From a virus (Duplodnaviria; Caudoviricetes): a stretch of 64,000 nt of DNA. Below the pieces are notes generated by a model that saw only the letters and a list, made by a program, of their open reading frames with translations, did not search any database and had not been told where the DNA came from. Shown here piece by piece: positions 28,415 through 38,509 of this stretch; positions within the stretch are counted from its first letter, which is position 1; each line of letters begins with the position of its first letter. The stretch spans positions 64,001 through 128,000 of the IMG/VR virus record IMGVR_UViG_3300009185_000001. One strand, given 5' to 3'. Both the position numbers and the translations under genes were made by a program.

Positions 28415-29734
28415 TTATACCTTTTGATCAGGATTTAGTTTTATAAGAGTTGAAGACATTTCATTTCGTTCCTTGGAACCCCACGGAGTCGTATACAAGG
28501 CTTCATACTCGTCCAAATGGTCTTCTAGCCATAATTTATCGGTAAACTCTCTAGCCCTTTCGGAATATTTCATATATCTACCAACATCAGAGGTAATATG
28601 TTCCAGTTGAGAGATGAGATCCCTGCCATCATCAAATTTAAACGCTGCTTCTTCATAGGTACAAAGGTTTTGATACGTACCCGGAAGTCCCAAAGCACCA
28701 GATTCCACCATTTTAATGTTGCTCTTCGATTTATTAAAAACATTATCAACCAAAGGAGCAAAAGTTGCATTGCATCCCGCATCATACAAGGCTTTTGGAA
28801 GATCCAAAAGTGCAGACCAGTTAATAAACTCCATTTCACCATTATCAATGAATGGTTTTACTGCAAGTGGGTAACAACCCTTCCAAACAAACTTAAATTT
28901 CTTTCTAGCCTTGATAATTTCATCAACAACATGATGGAAATCATCTTTCATTCCAGTTCTATTCGTAGTGTCGATGTGTGTTCCAGAACCTGCATATAAA
29001 ATTCTAGGACGCTTTTTGTTTTTATCATATAGTTTTTCTATACGTTCCTTGTGATAAAATCTATCTAACCAAAATTTAGGAGCATAATTTGGAATAACCG
29101 TAATATTTTTATTACCAGTCTTATTAATATAATAATCCTTCATGTATTGACATGTTACGGTAATTTCATCCATCATTCCCATTATTTTAAGAATATTATC
29201 TACAATAGTTTGATCAGTAAATGCATCTTTACATCTGTTATAGTCTGGAATGTCATCTCTGAAGACGATATCATCGACTTCATATAGCAATCTGTATCCA
29301 AAATTTGATTGAGCCTTCTTTAACTCTCCGATAAATGCTGCTTGTGCTGGTGTAGCCTGTCTTTGCATTCTAATGGACTTTATATTTTGATAAAACCTAA
29401 GATCTAACACCATACTAGTCAATCCAGTAATAATTGCCTTGTTATAGCTATTCAAACAAAATTCCGGCCAAATCATTCTCCAGTTACCACACCCACCGTA
29501 GTCCGCATAGTAATTTATGCTCCTAGGCAATCCAGCTTCAGGCATTTCAACAGGAGCAGGAGCAGGTACTTTTACTGGTTTCAACTCAACATAGCTATAC
29601 TTGGGCATTCCAAGCGGAGAAGCATTGGGTAAATTTGGTATACCACCATTTACAAACGAATATTCATACACAATACTGTTTGAATTATCTACTGCTTTCT
29701 TATCCAAGGTTTCAGATCCTTTTATTTTTATCAT
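28415..29734 (-). CDS. Glycosyltransferase (GT-B/GT4-like)
   Basis: YYADYGGCGNWRM, YEVDDIVF, ITVTCQYMKDYY, VIPNY, APLVDNVFNKSKSNIKMVESGALG. Confidence 0.7.
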   Translation of the reverse strand: MIKIKGSETLDKKAVDNSNSIVYEYSFVNGGIPNLPNASPLGMPKYSYVELKPVKVPAPAPVEMPEAGLPRSINYYADYGGCGNWRMIWPEFCLNSYNKAIITGLTSMVLDLRFYQNIKSIRMQRQATPAQAAFIGELKKAQSNFGYRLLYEVDDIVFRDDIPDYNRCKDAFTDQTIVDNILKIMGMMDEITVTCQYMKDYYINKTGNKNITVIPNYAPKFWLDRFYHKERIEKLYDKNKKRPRILYAGSGTHIDTTNRTGMKDDFHHVVDEIIKARKKFKFVWKGCYPLAVKPFIDNGEMEFINWSALLDLPKALYDAGCNATFAPLVDNVFNKSKSNIKMVESGALGLPGTYQNLCTYEEAAFKFDDGRDLISQLEHITSDVGRYMKYSERAREFTDKLWLEDHLDEYEALYTTPWGSKERNEMSSTLIKLNPDQKV

Positions 29735-29769
29735 AATATACTCTATACTAACATTGATTTACATATAAA

Positions 29770-31566
29770 TCAAGAAACTATAGTTGTTTTTCCATTTTTC
29801 TTCTGTAATTCAATAATATTACTAAAATTTGTGTTTATTGCAGCTTTATTGTGTGAAATTACGTAGATAGCTTCTTCAAATTTTTCTGATCTTTCCTTTA
29901 AAACATCAAAAACTTTTAATACTCCATTTTCATCTAAAGCAGAGTCAAATAACTCATCATACATGCTAATATTAAATGAAATGCCAGTCTGCATTCTTAA
30001 AATATCTTGAAACATGAATAATATTGCAATATCTATTCTTTTTCGTTCTCCTCCACTAAAATTAAAGTAAGAACACTCCTTTGAATTTGAATTATAGATT
30101 GTTTCTTCAAACATTTCATTAAAATAGCAAGTACAGGGAGCACCTAATGTTTTTAAATAATAATTTAACTGTGCATTCAAGACAGAAAGCATTTTTTTAA
30201 CAATAAAGGTTTTAACACCTTCTTCTGAAACAACAAATTTTGCGTTTTCTAGAATTAAAAGTTGTTTTTGAAGTTTTTGTAATTTTTCTTCAGTTTCTAC
30301 TATCTCTTTTTCAATTTTTTCTATAAAATCAAATACGCTATCCTTTGTATTCTTAATTTGTTCTATTTCACTCAATATTTCATCATTTCTAGTCTGCAAA
30401 TGACCTATTTCTTGTGAAGTCAACAGCAATTTTTGTATATCTTTATCTGTTAAGTCGATAAAATTCTTAGTTTCTCGAATTGCCGTTTTTATTTTGACTT
30501 TTTTTTCTGCTATTACGGAAATTTCTCCATTTGTATCTGATTGCAGAGTTAAATTATTTTTTAAATTTTCTTTTAATTGTTCTAAATCAACGCAGGAATC
30601 ATCAAAATCATATTTTCTTTTACACGTTGGACATATTCCAGTCTTTTCTTCGATAGATTTTATTTCATCCTTTGAATTTTTTACTTTAAAATCATTCGTC
30701 AACTGTTCTTTTAACTTTTCTTGTAATTTTGTTTCGGTTTTTTCTAAACCATCTTCTAATTTTATAAAAAATTCTTTTTTATTTTCAATTTCTTCTCTTT
30801 TTGTTTTAATTTCTTCTTCTATTGAGGAATTGTTTGAAAATATATTAATTTTTTCAGTATTGGATTGAATTTTTTCCAATAAATTTGTTATCTTATCTTC
30901 TTTTATTTTTTTATTTTTTTCTATTTGCTCTTGATATAGATTTAAATTTTTATTCTGTGTATTAAATGAAGATGCTAATATATCATTTTCTTTTTTGTAT
31001 TCATTGTAATGCGATCTAACTTTTAACAACATTTCACTGAAAATTCCCAAATTTAAAATACCTTCTACAAATTTTCGTTTGTCTATCTTTTTCTGAGCCA
31101 TAAATGGCATCGTATTGTTTGCAGTCATTATCACTGCATTCTGGAATACCTCTTCATTTGCTCCTATTAGCTCTTTAATGCGTTCATCGGTCTTGGGCAT
31201 TGTAGATAGCGTTACATCCTCATCATCTTTAAACAGAGAGACTTTATTAGGCTCTAACGAGCGAATAATTTTATAATTATTTGTAGTTTCTCCCTCTTTT
31301 AGGGAAAATGTCAAAGTAACTTCACAATCCTTTTTTGATTGATTGTGGATTATTTTGTCTTTTTTGATTTCTCTAGTCGTGGAACCAAATAGCACCCAAT
31401 ATATAGACTCTATAATAGAACTTTTTCCGACACCATTCCTACCAGAATTGTCGCAATTTGTCCCTGTTATAAGATTTGTTCCGTTTTTAAACTCTAAACA
31501 AACTTCTTGCTCTCCTATAGATAGAAAATTTTTTATAAAAATCTTCTCAAATAAAATTTTTTTCAC
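29770..31566 (-). CDS. gp46: Recombination endonuclease ATPase subunit gp46 (Rad50/SbcC-like)
   Basis: GRNGVGKSS, coiled coils with CPTC zinc hook, FSGGERKR, MYDELFDSALD, YVISH. Confidence 0.93.
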   Translation of the reverse strand: MKKILFEKIFIKNFLSIGEQEVCLEFKNGTNLITGTNCDNSGRNGVGKSSIIESIYWVLFGSTTREIKKDKIIHNQSKKDCEVTLTFSLKEGETTNNYKIIRSLEPNKVSLFKDDEDVTLSTMPKTDERIKELIGANEEVFQNAVIMTANNTMPFMAQKKIDKRKFVEGILNLGIFSEMLLKVRSHYNEYKKENDILASSFNTQNKNLNLYQEQIEKNKKIKEDKITNLLEKIQSNTEKINIFSNNSSIEEEIKTKREEIENKKEFFIKLEDGLEKTETKLQEKLKEQLTNDFKVKNSKDEIKSIEEKTGICPTCKRKYDFDDSCVDLEQLKENLKNNLTLQSDTNGEISVIAEKKVKIKTAIRETKNFIDLTDKDIQKLLLTSQEIGHLQTRNDEILSEIEQIKNTKDSVFDFIEKIEKEIVETEEKLQKLQKQLLILENAKFVVSEEGVKTFIVKKMLSVLNAQLNYYLKTLGAPCTCYFNEMFEETIYNSNSKECSYFNFSGGERKRIDIAILFMFQDILRMQTGISFNISMYDELFDSALDENGVLKVFDVLKERSEKFEEAIYVISHNKAAINTNFSNIIELQKKNGKTTIVS

Positions 31567-31621
31567 TCTTTAAGAGTATATTGTTTTAAACATATTTCAA
31601 CTCAATATATTTAAAAAAGTA

Positions 31622-32236
31622 TTATTTTTTTACTATTATGAGATTTTCTAGGTTTATGAGCTTTTTTTCGTAATCATTCCAAAATTTTCGTATGATCTTT
31701 TCATAACTTTTGTCATGTTCGATGCACATACAACTAGGTTTTACTATATTTAAATCAACTTCAAGTGCTAATTCAGCCGAAAATCCCTCTACATCAATGG
31801 ATAAAAAATCTACAGTGCCTTCACGTTTTTTCACAAATTCTAATATTTCATTTATAGATATGCTACTAAGGAATATTTCTCTAGTTTTTTTATCAAATTC
31901 TTCGGGCGATTTGTGACATCTTTTAAGATTGTCTTTATTAGTAGAACTGAATGCTGAAAACGGAGAATCCCAAAACGATATCAATCCAGATTCTTTTGTT
32001 TTTGTAACAATACTTTGTATTATATGAATTTTAGAATTTTCTTTATATTCTTCAAATAATTTTGAAATACAAAATGGTGATGCATCTATTAAATAGGCTG
32101 TCCATCCCTTTTCAATCAAAGCTCTAGAATTTGAAAACTTTTTACTTTCAAATGCACCTATTTCAATCAATACTCCATCGTTTTTATCTTTGTAGTATTC
32201 TAGTAAAATTTTATCTTCATCGTTTTGACTGTACAT
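31622..32236 (-). CDS. FkbM-family SAM methyltransferase
   Basis: YSQNDED, LIEIGA...SNSRAL...GW, DFLSIDVEG. Confidence 0.75.
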   Translation of the reverse strand: MYSQNDEDKILLEYYKDKNDGVLIEIGAFESKKFSNSRALIEKGWTAYLIDASPFCISKLFEEYKENSKIHIIQSIVTKTKESGLISFWDSPFSAFSSTNKDNLKRCHKSPEEFDKKTREIFLSSISINEILEFVKKREGTVDFLSIDVEGFSAELALEVDLNIVKPSCMCIEHDKSYEKIIRKFWNDYEKKLINLENLIIVKK

Positions 32237-32268
32237 AATATTATATACTTATCATAAATAAAAATCAC

Positions 32269-33138
32269 TTATATACTTTTAAATTTTTGTTCTATAATTT
32301 TATCTAAAATATCAAATTTAGAACCATTTTCTATTTCATCATCCCATTTATTATGCCAATGCCAAGTAAATGCACCCTCAAATAATTCTATATTATCTAC
32401 TTTTTTAAACGGATTGCACTCTGTTCCCTCATATCCCCACTCCGAGTTAAACCATATTCCAGGTAGTACTAATAAATCGTTGTCGCATATTTTACTATAT
32501 AATAAATTTCCCCATATTGTACTGTTTTTAATAATAGGAGATTTGGACAATTTATCCAAAAATTCTATAGAAAGTTTAGAATTTTTATTTAATTTCATTA
32601 TAGCACCATTCATTGTAATGGTTGGTTCTTCAGCAGTAAATCCAGAAGTTCCCCATTGATATAAAAATTCATAATTATGTAAAGGAGACATATTTCTTAA
32701 TACAAGAACATCCATGTCTATGTAGAATCCTCCATATTTATGTAATATCAAAAGTCTAAATAAATCTCCTTCTAGATAACATTTATCATCTACAATAGAA
32801 TCGATATTTAAATAATTTTTTAAAAATGAATTTTCTAATTCATACAACAAATTCCACCTTTTTAAATTTACAAACTTAGATACTTGTTTAAAATATTTAT
32901 TTTCTGATAAATCAACATTAGACCAGAGGTTAATTTCAATATTTTTATCATGATTTACAATTATAGATTTTAAAACTGTTAATTGTTTTTTTCCAAAATT
33001 TCTAGGAACTCTCCAGAAACAATGGAATTTTAATTTTTCTTTGGTATTAGAAAGATTTTTTGCATACTCAAGAGATTTTAGATAATTTTCTCTATCTGGT
33101 TTGTATAGATTTTGATTATTTTCTAGTAATTTAATCAT
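32269..33138 (-). CDS. Glycosyltransferase, GT32/Gly_transf_sug-like
   Basis: GDLFRLLILHKYGGFYIDMDV (DxD); WHWHN. Confidence 0.8.
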   Translation of the reverse strand: MIKLLENNQNLYKPDRENYLKSLEYAKNLSNTKEKLKFHCFWRVPRNFGKKQLTVLKSIIVNHDKNIEINLWSNVDLSENKYFKQVSKFVNLKRWNLLYELENSFLKNYLNIDSIVDDKCYLEGDLFRLLILHKYGGFYIDMDVLVLRNMSPLHNYEFLYQWGTSGFTAEEPTITMNGAIMKLNKNSKLSIEFLDKLSKSPIIKNSTIWGNLLYSKICDNDLLVLPGIWFNSEWGYEGTECNPFKKVDNIELFEGAFTWHWHNKWDDEIENGSKFDILDKIIEQKFKSI

Positions 33139-33769
33139 TTGTGCAATACATTATATACGGTCTTTGAGTTATTATTATAGGCTCATCATTCGCTATATTT
33201 TTAAACTTAAAATTATTATCTGTCATTATTGTATATATTTCTTCCCAATCTTCATCTAAATGGCATTCTATAATAATCAATTTGCATTTTTTTAACGTTT
33301 CTAACCCACCTTTGATGGCTTTTAATTCAGATCCTTCGATATCAATTTTAATACAATCTAATGATTTATCTTTAAAATAAAAATCTAATGTTGTGCATGG
33401 AATTTTATTTTTAAAAGGTGATATGTTATAACCAACATCATGTCCTAAAATATTTGACATATGAGATCCGCATTCGTATACATTTTCAAATCCTATATTA
33501 TCGGAAATTGCAACTCTTTCAAAAATAGAATCTAAAATGACAGGGTTATTGTCATTTATTTCAAATGCATAAACTTTTCCATTTGGTTTTGAAAGATTTA
33601 AAAATGAATAAGTAAATCTTCCTTGGCAAGAACCAACATCACAATAATTCCAATCTGGTTTGTGCTTTTTTAATACAATTTGATCTATTAAGTTGTCCCA
33701 ATCTATATTACCAGCCCATGTTGGTCCTTGTAATTTTTTTTTATTGTTTAATTCTTCTTGTGTTTTCAT
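33131..33769 (-). CDS. FkbM-family SAM methyltransferase
   Basis: DVGSCQG, VYAFE, TTLD, IKIDIEGSELKAIKG. Confidence 0.8.
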   Translation of the reverse strand: MKTQEELNNKKKLQGPTWAGNIDWDNLIDQIVLKKHKPDWNYCDVGSCQGRFTYSFLNLSKPNGKVYAFEINDNNPVILDSIFERVAISDNIGFENVYECGSHMSNILGHDVGYNISPFKNKIPCTTLDFYFKDKSLDCIKIDIEGSELKAIKGGLETLKKCKLIIIECHLDEDWEEIYTIMTDNNFKFKNIANDEPIIITQRPYIMYCTND

Positions 33770-33855
33770 TTTTTTTTATTTATATGAATAATTATGTTAT
33801 CTCATTTAAAAGTAAATCTTGTTGAATGTTTTTATTGTTACAATAAATTATATAA

Positions 33856-34659
33856 GTGATAAAATTTAACATAAAAAATATTTTAAATGCAGCAAATTAT
33901 GAGAATTTATGTAAATTTTCAATAATTCCCCCAGAAGGTAAAATATTTACAAATAATATATTACAAGAAGATTCAATAATTTTTTGTAAAACCGATTTTT
34001 TGGAGTATTTATTTGAAAATTTAAAAAATTCTAAACATAAATATACTGTAATAACACATCATTCAGATTATTCTATAGATGAATTTATTTTTAAAAAAAA
34101 ACCATCATGCATTAAAAAATGGTTTGCAATTAATCCTACGTTTATACATGACGATTTAATTTCAATTCCTCTTGGAATAAAAACACATACGGGAATATAT
34201 TTTGAAGAAAAATACAAGACAAATTGGTTTTCGGAAAATATTGATAATTTAATAAAAAACGAAAAACAGTTTAAACTATATTGTAATTGGAATAATACAA
34301 ATCCGTATAGAAATAATATAATAGAAATTTTAAAAAAAAATAATTTGAATTATACGCATGAATGCAATAAACCATTTGAAGAATATGCAACGAATATGTC
34401 CAAACATAAGTTTGTAATATCCCCTCCGGGAAATGGAATAGATTGTCATAGGACATGGGAAGCTTTATATATGGGATGTATACCAATAGTAATAAAAAAT
34501 TATATATATAATAGCTTTACCGATCTTCCTATATTGCAATTGAATGATTATTCAGAAATAACTAATAATGTTTTAGATTCTTTTATTGATAAAAAATTTA
34601 ATTATGAAAAATTAACAATTGATTATTGGAAAAACAAGGTAAATTTAAATTATGAATAA
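33856..34659 (+). CDS. Exostosin/GT47-like glycosyltransferase
   Basis: HKFVISPPGNGIDCHRTWEALYMGCIPIV; GTG start. Confidence 0.7.
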   Translation: MIKFNIKNILNAANYENLCKFSIIPPEGKIFTNNILQEDSIIFCKTDFLEYLFENLKNSKHKYTVITHHSDYSIDEFIFKKKPSCIKKWFAINPTFIHDDLISIPLGIKTHTGIYFEEKYKTNWFSENIDNLIKNEKQFKLYCNWNNTNPYRNNIIEILKKNNLNYTHECNKPFEEYATNMSKHKFVISPPGNGIDCHRTWEALYMGCIPIVIKNYIYNSFTDLPILQLNDYSEITNNVLDSFIDKKFNYEKLTIDYWKNKVNLNYE

Positions 34660-35404
34660 AATAAATTTTTTCTTAGTAACTTATGATAGGTTATACGATA
34701 AAGTTTTAGAAAAATTACATGAAAAAGAAGTTTCTGATATTGTTTGTTATAATATACAAAAAAACGTTCCTAAACATATAACTTCTTTGGTAAAAAATCA
34801 AATAAACGAATGGGAACTTGAGTGGAACGATTTTGATTATCAAAAAAAACAATATTACGAATATTCATCTTTTATACATTTGCTTAAAAATCCAATATTA
34901 ATCGATACTCTTACTCATATAGGAATTTTACACTACGATACGATACTGGAAAAAAATTCAATAAAAGATATATACGATGTTTTAGAAGAAAACCCCGATA
35001 CAATTTTTTATCAAAAAATAAGAAATACTGTTGATTTGTATCTTTCTAGATATGAGGTAGAATGCTTATGTAAATTTATGTCTGAAAAACTTAAAATGAA
35101 TATAGATGCAAATAACATATGGAATAATGGTTGGGTAAGCGAGGCATTAAGCGTAACGCCAAAATATATTTTTTTAAAATTTGCAAATTTTTTAATAGAA
35201 AATAAATTAGAAATAGAAAATATTTTATTAGAAAACAAATGGGGAATAATGAATAATATAAATCATAGAATATGTGGTATAATAGAAAGAATGTGGGGAT
35301 TTTATTTAATTTCTTGCGGATTAAATTTAAAAAAAATGAATATAACTCATGATTGGGATTCCTATGTCCACAAACACACCACAGAACCAAACTGGATTAA
35401 ATAA
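34652..35404 (+). CDS. Hypothetical protein, possibly GT-A-like
   Basis: HIGILHYD, ICGIIERMWG; inside the glyco island. Confidence 0.45.
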   Translation: MNKINFFLVTYDRLYDKVLEKLHEKEVSDIVCYNIQKNVPKHITSLVKNQINEWELEWNDFDYQKKQYYEYSSFIHLLKNPILIDTLTHIGILHYDTILEKNSIKDIYDVLEENPDTIFYQKIRNTVDLYLSRYEVECLCKFMSEKLKMNIDANNIWNNGWVSEALSVTPKYIFLKFANFLIENKLEIENILLENKWGIMNNINHRICGIIERMWGFYLISCGLNLKKMNITHDWDSYVHKHTTEPNWIK

Positions 35405-35407
35405 TTT

Positions 35408-35968
35408 ATGAACACATTAAACCAAATACTAAACGTTTCTAATTCTATATTAGATCAGCAAGATACTTCTTATATCAATAAACATAATTTGTATCATGAT
35501 ACTTCTTATTATCACTTAAACAGTGGAAAAGAGCATTATAGATTGCTAATGTATATTTCTTCTTTATTCACTAATTCAATTTTATTTGATGTGGGAACAA
35601 ATAAATGCATGTCTGCATTGGCTTTGTCTAAAAATGGTACAAATACAGTTAAGACTTATGATATTCTTAAAGCGTCTCCCGAATATCCTTCTGTAAGCAA
35701 TATTGAATATATTATAGGGGATTCAACAGAAGATAAAGATTTAATAAATTCTAACTGTATATTTTTAGACGTTGCTCATGATGGAACATATGAAGATATA
35801 TTTTATGATCACCTTCGCAACATAAACTGGAAAGGATTTTTACTTTTAGATGATATTCATCTAAACGATCCAATGAAAACCTTCTGGAATAGAATAACAG
35901 AAGAGAAATATGATGTTACCGATAAAGGTCATTGGAGCGGTACTGGATTAGTAGTTTTCAGAGATTGA
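35408..35968 (+). CDS. Class I SAM-dependent methyltransferase
   Basis: LFDVGTN...SALAL, IIGDS, IFLDVAHDG, GFLLLDDI. Confidence 0.7.
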   Translation: MNTLNQILNVSNSILDQQDTSYINKHNLYHDTSYYHLNSGKEHYRLLMYISSLFTNSILFDVGTNKCMSALALSKNGTNTVKTYDILKASPEYPSVSNIEYIIGDSTEDKDLINSNCIFLDVAHDGTYEDIFYDHLRNINWKGFLLLDDIHLNDPMKTFWNRITEEKYDVTDKGHWSGTGLVVFRD

Positions 35969-35969
35969 A

Positions 35970-36653
35970 TTACAATCCTTGACTAATCATAATACATTCA
36001 GGATTTATAACTCCATTACTAAGACTAAGATATTGTAACCATTTATTGCAATATCTAGTTTCATCAAACATATCAAGATTGGTAGCTATTATACTTGCTG
36101 CTGATTGATCGTGCCTGTGTCCCATGCATCTAGAATCTTGTGATTCCGTATTATTTTGATTTGTCCAACTTCCTTTAAAATAGGGAATCGAATCTTTCCA
36201 TTGTTTTAAGAATTCTATACTTTTTTCATTGGTAAGATCCAATCCCATAAAACATGCTAAAATTTGATATATTTTTTCTGATTGATCTCTTGAGATTTTA
36301 AAATAATTTAACATCTCATCATTTGTCCACTGAGCACAATTCCAGCCATCCCAAAAAAACATATGTCCATGTTCTTCTATATAGTCAAATATTGGTTCTA
36401 AAGACTTTATTGCATATAATGCCGAATCACACCATAATATACTTTCATATCCTTTTGAAAATGCCTTTTCAAACGCTGCTATTTTGAAAGCATACGGAAC
36501 TTCTTGATGGGTGGGAGAGGGAATTTTACTTTCATCTGTAAATGCAAACATATCTCCCTTGAAATTTTGTTCTTTTAAAGATTCTATCAATCTTTTTTGT
36601 CCATGTGGATACCAACTTCCTTTTGCAAAATTGATAATACATCTTTTTTTCAT
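35970..36653 (-). CDS. Glycosyltransferase, GT34/nucleotide-diphospho-sugar transferase-like
   Basis: YAFKIAAF, ILWCDSA, HRHDQSAAS. Confidence 0.6.
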   Translation of the reverse strand: MKKRCIINFAKGSWYPHGQKRLIESLKEQNFKGDMFAFTDESKIPSPTHQEVPYAFKIAAFEKAFSKGYESILWCDSALYAIKSLEPIFDYIEEHGHMFFWDGWNCAQWTNDEMLNYFKISRDQSEKIYQILACFMGLDLTNEKSIEFLKQWKDSIPYFKGSWTNQNNTESQDSRCMGHRHDQSAASIIATNLDMFDETRYCNKWLQYLSLSNGVINPECIMISQGL

Positions 36654-37924
36654 ACTATTGATGTAGTTTGTTTGCTATTAAATAAATAATAATGCAAAAT
36701 TTTATCTATATGATGTTCGGTTTTTGCTGATTTACATAAATCTTCAACCCAACACCAATCTTCTGTCAGTGAAATGTCATTAAATTCAGTTTTTTTTGCT
36801 ATTTTACTATTCCACACGCACATATGAAATGGTTTTCTATATACAGGAATTCCCTGATAATATTCAGTATTTTCATATTGTAAACCAAAATATACAATTG
36901 TAGGAACATCATCATTTATCCGAGTTTCTTGGTTAAATGAAATCACATCAACGTCCATATTTGTTTGTATAGCAGTTATTATTTCTCTGATGTAGTCATC
37001 TGATATATCATCATCATCGTCTATATATGCTATAAACCTTCCCTCACTCATATTTAAAATAGACTGTCTTTTATTACCAACTGAACGAGTCTTGTTGTCA
37101 ATAACAACTAAAATTTCTACTTCAGATTTTACTTTATATTTTTCTATCTGATTTTGTAATTTTTCAATTAAATATTTTAACTTATCCATTCTTTCAGGAA
37201 TTCCTAAAATTAAAATTGAAAATAATTTTTTATTTAAATCATGCAAATCAAAGTTTTTTTCTTTTCGTTTGTTGTAAGTTTCTTTATCTGTAAAGAAATA
37301 TGATTCATTTCTTACATATAATTGATCATAATTAGTCTTTTGATATACTGGATGTGCATGTTCGATTATTATTCTATCTGATCTATAACATTTTTTAAGG
37401 TTTAAAGATACATCAGTAAATTCATTGTCACACCATAAGCTAATATAATCCGGATGATATATGTAATTAAAACGTTCATAATATTTTTTACCCAAAATAC
37501 AAAGAGTATTGATATTGTTTTGACCTCCATCATTATACCAAAGAACACCATCTAAATTTTTAAAATGATCATTCATATCCCCTGTAATGATAGTATCATA
37601 ACCCCTTTCAATTGGAATCATATCGTCCGATGCTAATAACACTATATCCCATCCTATAATTTTATCCACATCAGCATTACAGGCTTGAATTTTTGTTTTA
37701 CTATCACCAAAAAAATATGCTAATTTAATTTTATTCTTATAATTTTCTAATTTACTAATAACAGAAGAATTATTCATAGTAGAATCATCACTATCCATTG
37801 ATATTAGAAATGCAATGCTAGAAACATTTTCAGCCATTTCAATATACTTGTCCAATACCGAAAAGAATTTTTCTGGTCTTCCTCTGGTTGGAAATTTGAT
37901 TAATAGTTTTAAGTTTGATTTCAT
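36650..37924 (-). CDS. Tandem two-domain GT2-like glycosyltransferase
   Basis: Domain 1 KFPTRGRP...LASDDM...WCDNEF; domain 2 SILIL...VGNKRQ...YIDDDD...EDWCW. Confidence 0.8.
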   Translation of the reverse strand: MKSNLKLLIKFPTRGRPEKFFSVLDKYIEMAENVSSIAFLISMDSDDSTMNNSSVISKLENYKNKIKLAYFFGDSKTKIQACNADVDKIIGWDIVLLASDDMIPIERGYDTIITGDMNDHFKNLDGVLWYNDGGQNNINTLCILGKKYYERFNYIYHPDYISLWCDNEFTDVSLNLKKCYRSDRIIIEHAHPVYQKTNYDQLYVRNESYFFTDKETYNKRKEKNFDLHDLNKKLFSILILGIPERMDKLKYLIEKLQNQIEKYKVKSEVEILVVIDNKTRSVGNKRQSILNMSEGRFIAYIDDDDDISDDYIREIITAIQTNMDVDVISFNQETRINDDVPTIVYFGLQYENTEYYQGIPVYRKPFHMCVWNSKIAKKTEFNDISLTEDWCWVEDLCKSAKTEHHIDKILHYYLFNSKQTTSIV

Positions 37925-37926
37925 AA

Positions 37927-38469
37927 TTATGTGCTAGATGGGTAATAGTAATATATTGGACCTTGTATATAAGTTTCTGTTTTTAACTTTCCTTGTAATC
38001 CATGTGAAAATGCTTTATCTTCTGCATAATAAGCATCTGGAAATCTTACATCAAGTGCTATTTCCCTTCTAATAGGATTTAAATGATTTGGACATCTATA
38101 ATAAACATCATTTTCTTCAAACCAATCTTGATATCTTAGAGAATGTATGAATTTTTTGGGACCGATGTGCTGTTGTGTTATAATTCCTTCAATTCCGCAA
38201 CAATCTGGATTTGATTTTAGTGCTTCTAATATACCAAAAACATAAAAAGGAGAAACCATATCATCATCATCAACAAAAACTACATAATCGCCCTTTGCTG
38301 CTTCTAGTAGGTCGTTTCTTTTTGCTCCTATGGATCTTTCTCCGTTATCACAAACTGCTAACATTTCCACCGAATCATTTGATTGAGCCTTTAGTACTCT
38401 GGCTAAATTCTGAAAAACAGGTAATCGTTGGTGTAGTGTTGCTGTTAATATGGACAATCTTTTATTCAT
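37927..38469 (-). CDS. GT2-like glycosyltransferase
   Basis: LSILTAT, IGAKRNDLL, VFVDDDD, AED. Confidence 0.8.
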   Translation of the reverse strand: MNKRLSILTATLHQRLPVFQNLARVLKAQSNDSVEMLAVCDNGERSIGAKRNDLLEAAKGDYVVFVDDDDMVSPFYVFGILEALKSNPDCCGIEGIITQQHIGPKKFIHSLRYQDWFEENDVYYRCPNHLNPIRREIALDVRFPDAYYAEDKAFSHGLQGKLKTETYIQGPIYYYYPSST

Positions 38470-38509
38470 GCTTAAATTAAGTAATATTTTATACTATTTT
38501 ATAAAAAAA

